A stretch of 64,000 bases of DNA from a virus (Duplodnaviria; Heunggongvirae; Uroviricota; Caudoviricetes), in the IMG/VR virus record IMGVR_UViG_3300016476_000987; one strand, given 5' to 3'. Below, piece after piece: positions 37,569 through 46,930 of this stretch (within the stretch, counting starts at the first letter, position 1; the number at the start of each line of letters is the position of its first letter). A program made the translations under genes and the position numbers. Below the pieces are notes generated by a model. It was not told where the DNA came from, ran no database searches, and saw only the letters and a program-made list of their open reading frames with translations.

Positions 37569-38293
37569 AAACTGTTTTTATAGGAGATCTTCATGGCAAT
37601 CCTGCCTGGAAAAAGATTGTAGAAGATAATTTGGATGCCGGTAGGTTTGTCTTTGTGGGGGACTACTTTGACAGCTTTCATTATAGCGCAGTAGAACAAT
37701 TAGCAAATTTTAAAGACGTTGTAGAGTTTAAGGAGACTTCTAGTGCTGAAGTTGTAATGCTAGTAGGGAATCATGATATACATTACTATCCTGGCGTAAC
37801 AGATACAGCTACACGGGGATTTCAAAGGTCTTTATATTTTTCAATAATGCCCGTCGTAGAAGAGCATAGGAAGCATCTACAGATAGCCTATTCTTTTGAA
37901 GATGTCTTATGTACTCATGCCGGAGTTAGTGAAGACTTTATGAAAGATAATTTTAACTATGATTGGAAAATGAGCACTATAGCCGAGCAGCTTAATATGC
38001 TGTTTGAGTATAGACCTAATAAGTTTCGTTTTCCGGAATACTGTATTGATCCTTATGGAGATGATAAAGACCAAACTCCAATTTGGATACGACCTAAGAG
38101 CCTTATGAGAGCTAGTAAGAATATAAGAAAAGTCTATAGGCAAGTAGTAGGACATACTAAAATGGATAGACTAAGAATAGAAGACTTAAAAAAATGGACC
38201 GGAGGAAATTATTTTTTCATAGATACTATAAACACTTCTGGTGAATATTTGATTAGAGAATCAGATGGTACTTATCGTACAGGTAAAATATAA
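37565..38293 (+). CDS. Ser/Thr protein phosphatase (PPP family, lambda phosphatase-like metallophosphatase)
   Basis: IGDLHGN, VGDYFDS, VGNHD, VVGHT motifs in lambda-PPase order. Confidence 0.8.
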   Translation: MKTVFIGDLHGNPAWKKIVEDNLDAGRFVFVGDYFDSFHYSAVEQLANFKDVVEFKETSSAEVVMLVGNHDIHYYPGVTDTATRGFQRSLYFSIMPVVEEHRKHLQIAYSFEDVLCTHAGVSEDFMKDNFNYDWKMSTIAEQLNMLFEYRPNKFRFPEYCIDPYGDDKDQTPIWIRPKSLMRASKNIRKVYRQVVGHTKMDRLRIEDLKKWTGGNYFFIDTINTSGEYLIRESDGTYRTGKI

Positions 38294-38567
38294 AAATGAA
38301 GTTATGTGCCACGTTGTTAGATTAAAAGATGGAACTTACGGAACAGTTATCCGTGAATGGAGCTGGAAAGATAATCCACACTTTAAAATATATAAAGACA
38401 GAACATACAAAGAAAGATTATATGAAGATTTTGTTGATGTAGAATTAGATGCCCACTTTAAAGGTGAAACTTTTAAAATGGCTAATCCTCTACATAGTAA
38501 TTTCTATCAAGTTTTTTCTACTGTATGTCAAAAAGATGTAGAATACGTTTACTTAACAAAAGAATAA
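38265..38567 (+). CDS. hypothetical protein
   Basis: ORF only. Confidence 0.4.
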   Translation: MVLIVQVKYKNEVMCHVVRLKDGTYGTVIREWSWKDNPHFKIYKDRTYKERLYEDFVDVELDAHFKGETFKMANPLHSNFYQVFSTVCQKDVEYVYLTKE

Positions 38568-38571
38568 AGGT

Positions 38572-38826
38572 ATGAAGTTATATTATTTCAATCCAAATAG
38601 TTATGGATTACAATGGTTTGTGGTATCTGACAGTGAAGAGAATGCTATCAAAGCATTAAATGAGTTTTTTGCAAACAATGAAGAGCCATATATGGCTAAG
38701 TTTAAATGGGTTGATGGACAGTTAACAGAACCTTCTAAATATTCTGAAGACGGAATTCATAGGTATAAACATTATACTATTGATGTATATGAACCCAATC
38801 AGGTCCTTGATAGCGAAATAGCTTAA
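38572..38826 (+). CDS. hypothetical protein
   Basis: ORF only. Confidence 0.4.
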   Translation: MKLYYFNPNSYGLQWFVVSDSEENAIKALNEFFANNEEPYMAKFKWVDGQLTEPSKYSEDGIHRYKHYTIDVYEPNQVLDSEIA

Positions 38827-38843
38827 TTATTAAAAATAAAGTT

Positions 38844-39380
38844 ATGAAAGATCTAAAAGTAGGAGATAAAGTATGGATGGGGTGTTACACCTCTATGGGA
38901 GCTTCATCAGAAGGAGAATCAACTATTGAGGAAGTAGACTACCGGTATGATGAAAAGACTGGAAGCAAATACAAAGTATATAAAGTAGGGAGCGATTGGT
39001 TCAATGAAGCGGGATGTTGTTTAAATAAAGACTCTATGTTTTACATAGAAGAAATGTGTCCTCCGTCAAAACCAATCTATAAAAAAAGAATTATAGATGA
39101 TAAGACTGCTGAGATCTATAGTAACTATAATCCCAAAGCAGTTAATACTATTTTAACTGATTTGCAAAAAGAGTTCAAACCAAAAAGAAAAATATCTAAA
39201 AGATATAATAAAAAATCTCTTACTGCCGAAGAAAAGAAAGTATCAAGAAAAACTGCTAAAATGAAAAAAGAATTGATACAAAAGTATTTAGATAGAGGAC
39301 ACGATAAAGAGCAAGCCGAAACTATGGCAATGAGAATTTTATATATAGCTGGTTTTTCTGGACCTACTTTTAAAGACTAA
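38844..39380 (+). CDS. hypothetical protein, Lys-rich C-terminus
   Basis: ORF only. Confidence 0.45.
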   Translation: MKDLKVGDKVWMGCYTSMGASSEGESTIEEVDYRYDEKTGSKYKVYKVGSDWFNEAGCCLNKDSMFYIEEMCPPSKPIYKKRIIDDKTAEIYSNYNPKAVNTILTDLQKEFKPKRKISKRYNKKSLTAEEKKVSRKTAKMKKELIQKYLDRGHDKEQAETMAMRILYIAGFSGPTFKD

Positions 39381-39390
39381 AATAAAGATT

Positions 39391-39945
39391 ATGACATTAG
39401 TAGATCATGCAAGGTTTGAATTAGAATTAAAGGGTCTTATGTCTGAAGAAGGAGACTTCTACGGAGGTATGACAGGACAGGCAGTAATGGAGTTAATTGA
39501 GGTGTTTTCCAAACAAGGACACTCTGGTATGTCTGCGGGTAGGGTGCTATCGCTATTTAGTAAATTAGCTCGTTTTGAGCCTATAGGACCTCTTACAGGA
39601 AAAGATGAAGAATGGAGGTTGTTAGATTACTCAAAAAAAGTCATATACCAAAATATGCGTTGCTCAGCAGTATTTAAAGATGCACAGGGTATAGCAACGT
39701 ATAATTCAGCTATAGTAAAAAGATGTCCTAACGGAGCAAATTGGACCGGTCCGCTATACATGACTAAAGAAGATGCTATTAATAATACTAATAAAATTGA
39801 AGTAGCTATTAAAGAATTTCCTTTTACTCCTAAAACTTTTTTTATAGATGTTATTGAAGAAGAAATTGAAGAAGATGATTGGATAATGTGGGTAAAAGAT
39901 CCTCAACAGTTAGAAGAAGTATTCGAGTATTATAAACAAGTATAA
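39391..39945 (+). CDS. hypothetical protein
   Basis: ORF only. Confidence 0.45.
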   Translation: MTLVDHARFELELKGLMSEEGDFYGGMTGQAVMELIEVFSKQGHSGMSAGRVLSLFSKLARFEPIGPLTGKDEEWRLLDYSKKVIYQNMRCSAVFKDAQGIATYNSAIVKRCPNGANWTGPLYMTKEDAINNTNKIEVAIKEFPFTPKTFFIDVIEEEIEEDDWIMWVKDPQQLEEVFEYYKQV

Positions 39946-39949
39946 GGTT

Positions 39950-40378
39950 ATGAACAACGAAAGATACAATCAGATAATTGATGAGGCGTATGAGAATTAC
40001 ACAAATTATCCATTAGCAACAATACACGACCACCATACAAATATTCTTTATCAAAATAGAGATAAAGGTTGGTGCATGATAAATGGACGTTCGATAGTAT
40101 CTCCACACCCAACCCGACATCTAACACGAGAAGAGTTCATCAACAAAATTAAAACCGATAATGAGTTCTCAGAAAAGTGGGAATTGAAAATTGAAGAAAG
40201 AAAATTAACTTTAGAGGAACGCTATAATAAATGGTTCAATAGCAATTACGAAACCGGTATGGAAAGATATTTTGATCTAAATGATCTACCTGATTTTAAC
40301 GATCCTTATTATGAACCAACCCCTACTAAAGTAATTACAGTAACATACCAGGGAGAAAAAACAGAAGTTTATGAATGA
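39950..40378 (+). CDS. hypothetical protein, paralog 1 of NNERYNQIIDEAY...EKTEVYE family
   Basis: Near-identical N- and C-termini to 40567..40953; shares EFINKIKTDNEFSEKW segment with thyA insert. Confidence 0.5.
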   Translation: MNNERYNQIIDEAYENYTNYPLATIHDHHTNILYQNRDKGWCMINGRSIVSPHPTRHLTREEFINKIKTDNEFSEKWELKIEERKLTLEERYNKWFNSNYETGMERYFDLNDLPDFNDPYYEPTPTKVITVTYQGEKTEVYE

Positions 40379-40580
40379 ATACTACATAAATAAAAAACAG
40401 ATTAGATACTTTTATGATTCAAAACGATATCAATGGGTGGATAAAAATGGACATTATTTAGATAGCTTTGAGGAAGTCATCATGTTTCGAGAAACTGAAG
40501 AGGGACAAATGCTTTGGCCTTATTATGATAAACATGAGTATCGAACAGACATAAGATTTAAAATAATTGAAAATGAATAA
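40371..40580 (+). CDS. hypothetical protein
   Basis: ORF only. Confidence 0.4.
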   Translation: MNEYYINKKQIRYFYDSKRYQWVDKNGHYLDSFEEVIMFRETEEGQMLWPYYDKHEYRTDIRFKIIENE

Positions 40581-40953
40581 CGAAAGATACAATCAGATTA
40601 TTGATGAGGCGTATAAGAATTATTCCAAAGAATATGAAAAGGATAATTCAATAGGTATGACTTTACTTGTTCAAAGAGTAGATGGCAAAGCAGTCTATCG
40701 TAAACCTGACAGAGAAAGGTTCGTAACTATGTGCACCTACGATAAAACATTCTCAGAAAGGTGGGGATTGAAAATTGAAGAAAGAGAGTTGAGTTTGGAA
40801 GAAAGAGGACAATGGTGTCAAGACTTTTTAGATTGGGATTTGGTAGTTGGTAATTTAGACCATGACCATATACGAGAAGATGTTGAAGAAAATGCCCCAA
40901 CCAAACTAATCACAATAACATACAAAAATGAAAAAACAGAAGTTTATGAATAA
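40567..40953 (+). CDS. hypothetical protein, paralog 2 of NNERYNQIIDEAY...EKTEVYE family
   Basis: See paralog 1. Confidence 0.5.
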   Translation: MKMNNERYNQIIDEAYKNYSKEYEKDNSIGMTLLVQRVDGKAVYRKPDRERFVTMCTYDKTFSERWGLKIEERELSLEERGQWCQDFLDWDLVVGNLDHDHIREDVEENAPTKLITITYKNEKTEVYE

Positions 40954-41200
40954 CGAACCAAAATTTCAAATAGTTACACAAGAACTATTAGAAACAATGC
41001 ATTTAAAATATTATTCATCAGGTAAAAAATTAAAAGAAGGTGACTTAATAATACCTGGTTTTACAATAGGATATGCAAATATAAATGGACATCCTCCACC
41101 AAATTATTATAGTCACGATGATGCATCTTCTTTAAACCTTAATATTTTTGTTTGGGATAAAGAAAGTAATTTACTATTTCAATTATATAACATAGTATAA
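40928..41200 (+). CDS. hypothetical protein
   Basis: ORF only. Confidence 0.4.
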   Translation: MKKQKFMNNEPKFQIVTQELLETMHLKYYSSGKKLKEGDLIIPGFTIGYANINGHPPPNYYSHDDASSLNLNIFVWDKESNLLFQLYNIV

Positions 41201-41210
41201 AAATAAAATT

Positions 41211-41471
41211 ATGAACCAAATTTATGAACAAATAAAAAGTGAGTGCCAATTACCTGTTGCACTATTAACATACACATACAAAGATTTTGATGGTGTGTTA
41301 CATCCATTTGGTAGTATTACTATAAATTTTGGAGATAGTGATGAAATCAACATTGAAAAAATGGAAAAAATAAAAAGTGAGTATGGAGAATTTTTTATGT
41401 TTTTTAATAATAGTACAGAAGGGAAAGAGTTTTGGAAAAATAATCCAATAACAATAACACAGAAAAAATAA
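41211..41471 (+). CDS. hypothetical protein
   Basis: ORF only. Confidence 0.4.
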   Translation: MNQIYEQIKSECQLPVALLTYTYKDFDGVLHPFGSITINFGDSDEINIEKMEKIKSEYGEFFMFFNNSTEGKEFWKNNPITITQKK

Positions 41472-41475
41472 AATT

Positions 41476-42651
41476 ATGAACCAAATCGATATTGATTATC
41501 AAAACTTAGTAAGAGACATTCTTGAGAACGGAAGTCGTAAAAATGATCGTACCAAAACGGGAACCATAAGTGTCTTTGGTAGGACTATTAGACATAGTAT
41601 GAAGGATGGATTTCCACTTCTCACTACAAAGAAGATGGCGTTCAAAACAATGACAACAGAGTTATTGTGGTTTTTGCGTGGTGATACCAATATCAAATAC
41701 CTTGTTGACAATGGGTGTCACATTTGGGATGGTGATGCATGGAAACATTTTTCTACTGTTAGGAAGAGTATGTTAATGTTAAAACCACCTGCATCAGAAG
41801 ATAAATTACGTGAGTATATTGAATGGTATGAGCAAATAACAACACAAGAAGAGTTTATCAACAAAATCAAAACCGATGATGAGTTTGCAAAGAAGTGGGG
41901 AGACCTCGGACCTGTGTATGGAAAGCAGTGGAGGAGTTGGGAAAAATATGGGGTCAGAGGAGTTCAAAATGGAGCAGCCGATATGGGATGGGAAGTTGAA
42001 TCTCCATATATTGACCAAATCGCAAACGTAATCAATCTACTCAAGACAGACCCTGACAGTCGAAGAATGATTGTGAGTGCCTGGAACACAGCGGATTTGT
42101 CAGCAATGGTCCTGCCACCATGCCACATGATGTTTCAGTTTTATACGAGAGAGTTGAGTGAGAGCGAGATATGGGATTATATTCACAAAAATAAAATTGA
42201 AATTAAACATCAACACGCTGTACTATATGGTCACGAAGTTGGAAGTGAATTAAGAAAATCATTTATACCAACACTAAAAGAGAATTATAACATACCAACC
42301 AGAGCAATCTCACTACGATGGGACCAACGCAGCGTTGACGTAGGTCTCGGTTTGCCGTTCAACATAGCAAGTTACGCTCTACTATTGGAGATAGTAGCTA
42401 AAGCAGTTAACATGATTCCTGAAGAACTTATTGGTGATTTAGGTGATTGTCACATCTATAATAATCATATTGATGGCTTGAAAGAACAATTGACTAGAGT
42501 ACCGTATGAGCTACCAACAGTAAAATTACCAAAAACTGATGCGTTTTGGAAAGTATTTGATGTTTCTTTGTTTGGTCACCTCAACTCGACTGATTTCATT
42601 TTAGAAAACTATCAATCACATCCGGCAATTAAACTTCCACTTTCAAATTAA
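41476..42651 (+). CDS. thyA: thymidylate synthase (ThyA family) with two large insertions (391 aa)
   Basis: RTKTGTISVFG, ELLWFLRGDTNI, DLGPVYGKQWRSW, DPDSRRMIVSAWN, LPPCHMMFQFY (catalytic Cys), GLGLPFNIASYALL (Asn retained, so dUMP-specific). Confidence 0.9.
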   Translation: MNQIDIDYQNLVRDILENGSRKNDRTKTGTISVFGRTIRHSMKDGFPLLTTKKMAFKTMTTELLWFLRGDTNIKYLVDNGCHIWDGDAWKHFSTVRKSMLMLKPPASEDKLREYIEWYEQITTQEEFINKIKTDDEFAKKWGDLGPVYGKQWRSWEKYGVRGVQNGAADMGWEVESPYIDQIANVINLLKTDPDSRRMIVSAWNTADLSAMVLPPCHMMFQFYTRELSESEIWDYIHKNKIEIKHQHAVLYGHEVGSELRKSFIPTLKENYNIPTRAISLRWDQRSVDVGLGLPFNIASYALLLEIVAKAVNMIPEELIGDLGDCHIYNNHIDGLKEQLTRVPYELPTVKLPKTDAFWKVFDVSLFGHLNSTDFILENYQSHPAIKLPLSN

Positions 42652-42657
42652 AAAACC

Positions 42658-42918
42658 ATGGATAAATTAATTATCGTACATTACATTGATATATCAAAAG
42701 CAGAACCAAATAATATTCCCGAATTAATGGAAGATGTTGCAAAGAGATTTACCCCAACCGAAGACAACATACTAACATACTGGATACCTGTTTATAGTGA
42801 AACCAGAATTGAGTGCATAAATCCAAAACTGATCACAGAAGGAGAATACATTGATGTAAAGTCTTTTTTAGATAAACATCAACAAGCAGTGAATGAATTT
42901 TTAATGCAAGCAAAGTGA
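42658..42918 (+). CDS. hypothetical protein
   Basis: ORF only. Confidence 0.45.
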   Translation: MDKLIIVHYIDISKAEPNNIPELMEDVAKRFTPTEDNILTYWIPVYSETRIECINPKLITEGEYIDVKSFLDKHQQAVNEFLMQAK

Positions 42919-43091
42919 CAGAATCAGAATACTTAAAGTCTAAAGAATTCCAAGAAGACTTTAGAAAACAAGTCGAGAAAGATACTTGGGATAAAGATCT
43001 TCCTATGGTATATCTAAACGAAGAAGGTTGGATAGTTAAACATTATAAAGACGGTACAATAGAAAAAGTAAAAAAGATAGATAACAAATAA
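42915..43091 (+). CDS. possible small protein (58 aa) with GTG start overlapping upstream TGA
   Basis: Fills a 183-nt gap; GTG start only, so weak. Confidence 0.2.
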   Translation: MTESEYLKSKEFQEDFRKQVEKDTWDKDLPMVYLNEEGWIVKHYKDGTIEKVKKIDNK

Positions 43092-43101
43092 ATTAGTAGT
43101 T

Positions 43102-43386
43102 ATGAGAATTAAATCTTTTAGCGTAGATATAGACATAGATGATTTTCTATCTGAGTTATCCAATAGAGACAGGGAGTATATGATGGAATCTCTACAGGAA
43201 GACGGGTACATATCTGATCTCTGTATTATAAAATATGATGGAACAGTAGAGCCTAAGTCAACGAAAAATTCTCCTAGTCCTAATGATGAGTTTGAGGTAG
43301 CTTTGATTAAACTATCCGGTAATGGTTGGAAGCTAACAAAAGAAGAAGAGGAGTTAGTAATAAAGATTTCTCAAAGGATCCCATAA
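43102..43386 (+). CDS. hypothetical acidic protein
   Basis: ORF only. Confidence 0.45.
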   Translation: MRIKSFSVDIDIDDFLSELSNRDREYMMESLQEDGYISDLCIIKYDGTVEPKSTKNSPSPNDEFEVALIKLSGNGWKLTKEEEELVIKISQRIP

Positions 43387-43396
43387 GAAATAAAAA

Positions 43397-43425
43397 AGGG
43401 TAGATCTCTCTACCCTTTTCTTTTC
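43397..43425. terminator. bidirectional rho-independent terminator between convergent genes (GGGTAGA tctc TCTACCC flanked by A-run and T-run)
   Basis: AAAAAAGGGTAGATCTCTCTACCCTTTTCTTTTC read directly. Confidence 0.65.
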
Positions 43426-43438
43426 TAGCTTAATTCAA

Positions 43439-43633
43439 TTAAGCTGCTTTCTTCTTGTCCAGAATGGACCAAACGGCACCTGCGAGGGTGATAACAGCAC
43501 CGATAACCTGGCTAAGGCCAGCTTCATCGAATATGCCATTAGTTACCATAAAGCCACCGCCAAAGGTTAATACGTGGCGAAGAAGACCGAGTACTTGATC
43601 TTTTGTCATAAATTTACTAATTTTGGTACACAT
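43439..43633 (-). CDS. small two-TM membrane protein, holin-like topology with charged C-terminus (DKKKAA)
   Basis: Two hydrophobic segments LLRHVLTFGGGFMVTNGIF and VIGAVITLAGAVWSIL; only minus-strand gene in this block. Confidence 0.4.
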   Translation of the reverse strand: MCTKISKFMTKDQVLGLLRHVLTFGGGFMVTNGIFDEAGLSQVIGAVITLAGAVWSILDKKKAA

Positions 43634-43671
43634 ATAAATATAGTATATACTTTTAAAAAATAGATTACAAG

Positions 43672-44400
43672 ATGAACCCTCCCCCTAAGTATCCATTACT
43701 ATCAGATGATACTATCAATATAGTGATATGTGAAGATCATATTCTATACAGGCAAGGAATAAAATACACTCTGGATCAAAAGAATAATATACAAATTATC
43801 GGAGAAGCCGATAACGGAGTGTCTTTATTAAATCTACTAAAGCATGTGACTCCTAACATTATTATCCTGGATATTAACATGCCGGTAATGGATGGGGTAG
43901 CTGTGCTACCGGAAATAAAAAGACTGTACCCGGCCATAAAAGTACTGGTCCTTACTATGAATAATACTCCGGAAATGATAGAGATCATGATGTCTAAAGG
44001 AGCTGACGGGTATCTCACAAAGAATGATGATCCGGAAGTTATCTATACGGCCATCTTAGATTGCCATAAAGAAGGAAAATACATAGATAAGAGAACCCAG
44101 GACGTACTTATAAACACTGTTAGGAGAGTAGGAGGAGATCCTATTATAGATATCCCTAATAAAACTACTCAGCCTGCTAGATTTGACACCCCTATACCAG
44201 ACAAAGAACCTTGGTATAAAATGCCAACCAGAGCTACTCTAGTAGGCCTAGGAATAGCTTTTGCTGTGTTTATAGGTCTATACGCATATGAGAAGCTTAG
44301 GGTCAGTAATAAGCCTGTAAAGACGGTACAAGCTCCTCCTAGTTATCCACAAGATTATAACAATAATCGATATGGACTAGATACCATATTCTCTAAATAA
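43672..44400 (+). CDS. response-regulator receiver (REC) domain protein with C-terminal TM helix, no DNA-binding output domain
   Basis: VICEDH (acidic pair), ILDINMPVMDG (phospho-acceptor Asp), VLVLTM (Thr), GADGYLTK (Lys); C-terminal TLVGLGIAFAVFIGLYAY. Confidence 0.75.
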   Translation: MNPPPKYPLLSDDTINIVICEDHILYRQGIKYTLDQKNNIQIIGEADNGVSLLNLLKHVTPNIIILDINMPVMDGVAVLPEIKRLYPAIKVLVLTMNNTPEMIEIMMSKGADGYLTKNDDPEVIYTAILDCHKEGKYIDKRTQDVLINTVRRVGGDPIIDIPNKTTQPARFDTPIPDKEPWYKMPTRATLVGLGIAFAVFIGLYAYEKLRVSNKPVKTVQAPPSYPQDYNNNRYGLDTIFSK

Positions 44401-44432
44401 GCAAGGGGCACATATTTATATTAAAGAGAAAA

Positions 44433-44834
44433 ATGAAAAACATGAAGAACAAATTAGTCGAGTGGCTTATAGTTCTGGTTGTAGCATTTACTGCTGTTTT
44501 TTTTGTGGTTACAAAAACAATAAAAGGAACAAACGTACAAGTAGCCCTACAATTAGAGAAGCAATCTAAAGATCTGGAGCAGATTAGTAGCGATGTAATG
44601 TTGAATCAACAAAGCATATTGATGGTCAACGACTTAATCGTTGATATGGATACTAATCAAGCTAAGTATCTGAATGCAATAAAAGAGAACACTAGGTGGC
44701 AGCAAATCAACTACCAGCAGATGTTAAAACTAAAAACCATTTACGATGAAAAAATTAATTCTGTTAGTAATTATAATTACAATCAGGTTGACAGCTTTTT
44801 CGCAAACCGATACGACAGTTACAAAAAAGATTGA
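44433..44834 (+). CDS. hypothetical membrane-anchored coiled-coil protein (overlaps next ORF by 89 nt; one of the two may be mis-called)
   Basis: N-terminal TM LVEWLIVLVVAFTAVFFVV. Confidence 0.35.
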   Translation: MKNMKNKLVEWLIVLVVAFTAVFFVVTKTIKGTNVQVALQLEKQSKDLEQISSDVMLNQQSILMVNDLIVDMDTNQAKYLNAIKENTRWQQINYQQMLKLKTIYDEKINSVSNYNYNQVDSFFANRYDSYKKD

Positions 44835-45195
44835 TACTTCTTTTGTAAGTCTACCTAAAGCCGTAGCGGTACAAGTAATAAAAGATTTAGTAACAAAAGA
44901 TTATTTAGTAGAAGAAAATAAACTTTTAACTTCTACTAATATCTTATTAACAAATAATATATTATTAAAAGACAGCTTACTACAAAAAAAAGATTCTATT
45001 GTTAGTTTATATATACAAAAAGAATCTTATTTTACTAAGACATTAGAAATGAAAGACTTAGAAATCCATTCTTATAAATCCACACAGTCTATTCTAATAA
45101 AAGAAAATAGTAAATTAAACAAAAAACTTTCTTTTTCTAGAGGACTTATTATTAGCGTTTTAGTATTAATGTCTACTTTATTTGCTATTAAATAA
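44746..45195 (+). CDS. secreted/membrane protein with signal peptide and C-terminal TM
   Basis: MKKLILLVIIITIRLTAFSQ signal peptide. Confidence 0.45.
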   Translation: MKKLILLVIIITIRLTAFSQTDTTVTKKIDTSFVSLPKAVAVQVIKDLVTKDYLVEENKLLTSTNILLTNNILLKDSLLQKKDSIVSLYIQKESYFTKTLEMKDLEIHSYKSTQSILIKENSKLNKKLSFSRGLIISVLVLMSTLFAIK

Positions 45196-45227
45196 AATTT
45201 GTAGTTAGCTGTGCAAAAACACAGCTT

Positions 45228-45710
45228 ATGAAAAAAATATTGATCAGCATAGTACTCATGCTGACCTCCCTATTTTCTATTAGCCAGGATTTTATAAAGG
45301 ATAGAAAGTACGCTGGAGACCCTCTATTTGACTTTGTATATGAATGGTGGAGGACTCCCTACAGGTATGGAGGCCAAAGCAAGAAAGGAATAGACTGTAG
45401 CGCTTTTACTCAGAGATTAGCTAAAGAAGTGTATGGAAAGTCCTTGCTAAGGACTGCTAGTCAGCAATATAGATCTTCAAGAAGAATCCCAAAAGACTCC
45501 TTAACAGATGGAGATCTAGTATTTTTTAAGATAAAGTCAAGGAGATATACTAGAAAAGGAAAGACTTACTATACATCCGGATGGCATGTGGGAGTTTATC
45601 TTACAAAAGGGTGGTTTATACATTCTAGTTCTAATGGAGGAGTAAAGCTTAGTAATTTAGAAGATCCTTTTTATAAACGGATCTATTATTCTTCTGGTAG
45701 GTTTTTATAA
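45228..45710 (+). CDS. NlpC/P60-family (C40) cell-wall peptidase with signal peptide
   Basis: MKKILISIVLMLTSLFSISQ signal; YRYGGQSKKGIDCSAFTQ catalytic Cys motif; GWHVGVYL His motif. Confidence 0.75.
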   Translation: MKKILISIVLMLTSLFSISQDFIKDRKYAGDPLFDFVYEWWRTPYRYGGQSKKGIDCSAFTQRLAKEVYGKSLLRTASQQYRSSRRIPKDSLTDGDLVFFKIKSRRYTRKGKTYYTSGWHVGVYLTKGWFIHSSSNGGVKLSNLEDPFYKRIYYSSGRFL

Positions 45711-45765
45711 ATAATTTTTGGTGAGTTGCCCGTAATTACTTATTTTTGAAACAAATAAACAGTTT

Positions 45766-46911
45766 ATGAAATTGACTCTTGATGCTAGTAGAGAGAAGCT
45801 GTATTATGATAGAAGCTATGAAAGCTCTTTTCCAATAGCCAATTACTATGTTCAAAAGTTTGGGAGGTTTCCTTTAGTATATACTTTCGGGGTATATTAT
45901 GAGGAAACTCTTGTTGAATATCTTGTTTCTTCTGGGTATGAAAAGTTATGGTCTTCAGAGAAGGAAACCAAAAAGGGCCAGAAAGAAGACGTATCTGTGT
46001 ATTATAAATCTGATACACTAGTACAAGTAGAGTACCACACAAACAATGAGAATTACGAACGTAGTTATGATTTTGGAGATAGTTCTCTACTAAAAGAAGT
46101 CGATTCTAAACAACCTGGAGATATTGTACTAAAAATGGTAGTATACTATTCTAGCAGAGAAATGTTTGAGATATTAAGGGAGAATATCAATAAGTACAAA
46201 ATAGACGATTCTGATAAGCCTAAGATCCTCCTGGTTACTTCTAACAGTAGGGGATTGACGACTATTCCTCAATACATTAATAATATGGAGGGGCTTGACA
46301 TCGGACTTAATTATGGAGAAGCGTTTGAAAAGACTCACAACAAAATTGTAGAAAGACTAAGCCAAGATAAAGGAAAGGGGCTTGTACTTCTTCATGGAAA
46401 GCCTGGGACCGGTAAGACTAGCTATATCCGGTACTTGTGCTCTGTAGTAGATAAAAGAGTGATCTTTATCCCCCCTTACCTTACCGAGAATATCTCCAGC
46501 CCTCAGTTTGTTCCCTTCCTTATAGAGCACTCTAATTCTATTCTAGTGATAGAAGATGCTGAAAAGATCATTATAGATAGAGATTCAGCTGAGAGCAGCC
46601 GACAAGGAGTAGCAAACATTCTTAATCTTACAGACGGTATATTGAGCGATTGCTTATCTATTCAGATAATAGCAACCTTTAATACTACTAGAGAAAAAAT
46701 AGACAAAGCTTTGTTGAGGAAGGGGAGACTTATCGCAGAACATAAGTTTGATGAACTCAGCGTAGAAAATAGCAATAAACTATTGAAGCATCTCCAAAAA
46801 GACTACACAACCAATAAACCAATGACTCTTACTGAGATATACAACTTCGGAGAAGAAGAGTATCTTGCTCAAGAAGAATCTAGGTCGATCGGATTCAACT
46901 CTCGTTATTAA
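45766..46911 (+). CDS. AAA+ ATPase
   Basis: Walker A VLLHGKPGTGKTSYI, Walker B ILVIEDAEKI. Confidence 0.7.
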   Translation: MKLTLDASREKLYYDRSYESSFPIANYYVQKFGRFPLVYTFGVYYEETLVEYLVSSGYEKLWSSEKETKKGQKEDVSVYYKSDTLVQVEYHTNNENYERSYDFGDSSLLKEVDSKQPGDIVLKMVVYYSSREMFEILRENINKYKIDDSDKPKILLVTSNSRGLTTIPQYINNMEGLDIGLNYGEAFEKTHNKIVERLSQDKGKGLVLLHGKPGTGKTSYIRYLCSVVDKRVIFIPPYLTENISSPQFVPFLIEHSNSILVIEDAEKIIIDRDSAESSRQGVANILNLTDGILSDCLSIQIIATFNTTREKIDKALLRKGRLIAEHKFDELSVENSNKLLKHLQKDYTTNKPMTLTEIYNFGEEEYLAQEESRSIGFNSRY

Positions 46912-46930
46912 CCATTAAAACCCCATAGTT

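Noticed and set aside
43397-45710. Possibility that the REC-domain / NlpC-P60 block is host DNA or a prophage junction
   Set aside because: No integrase, attachment-site repeats or host housekeeping genes are present. Flanking genes on both sides are phage-like and composition is uniform. Kept as phage-encoded.
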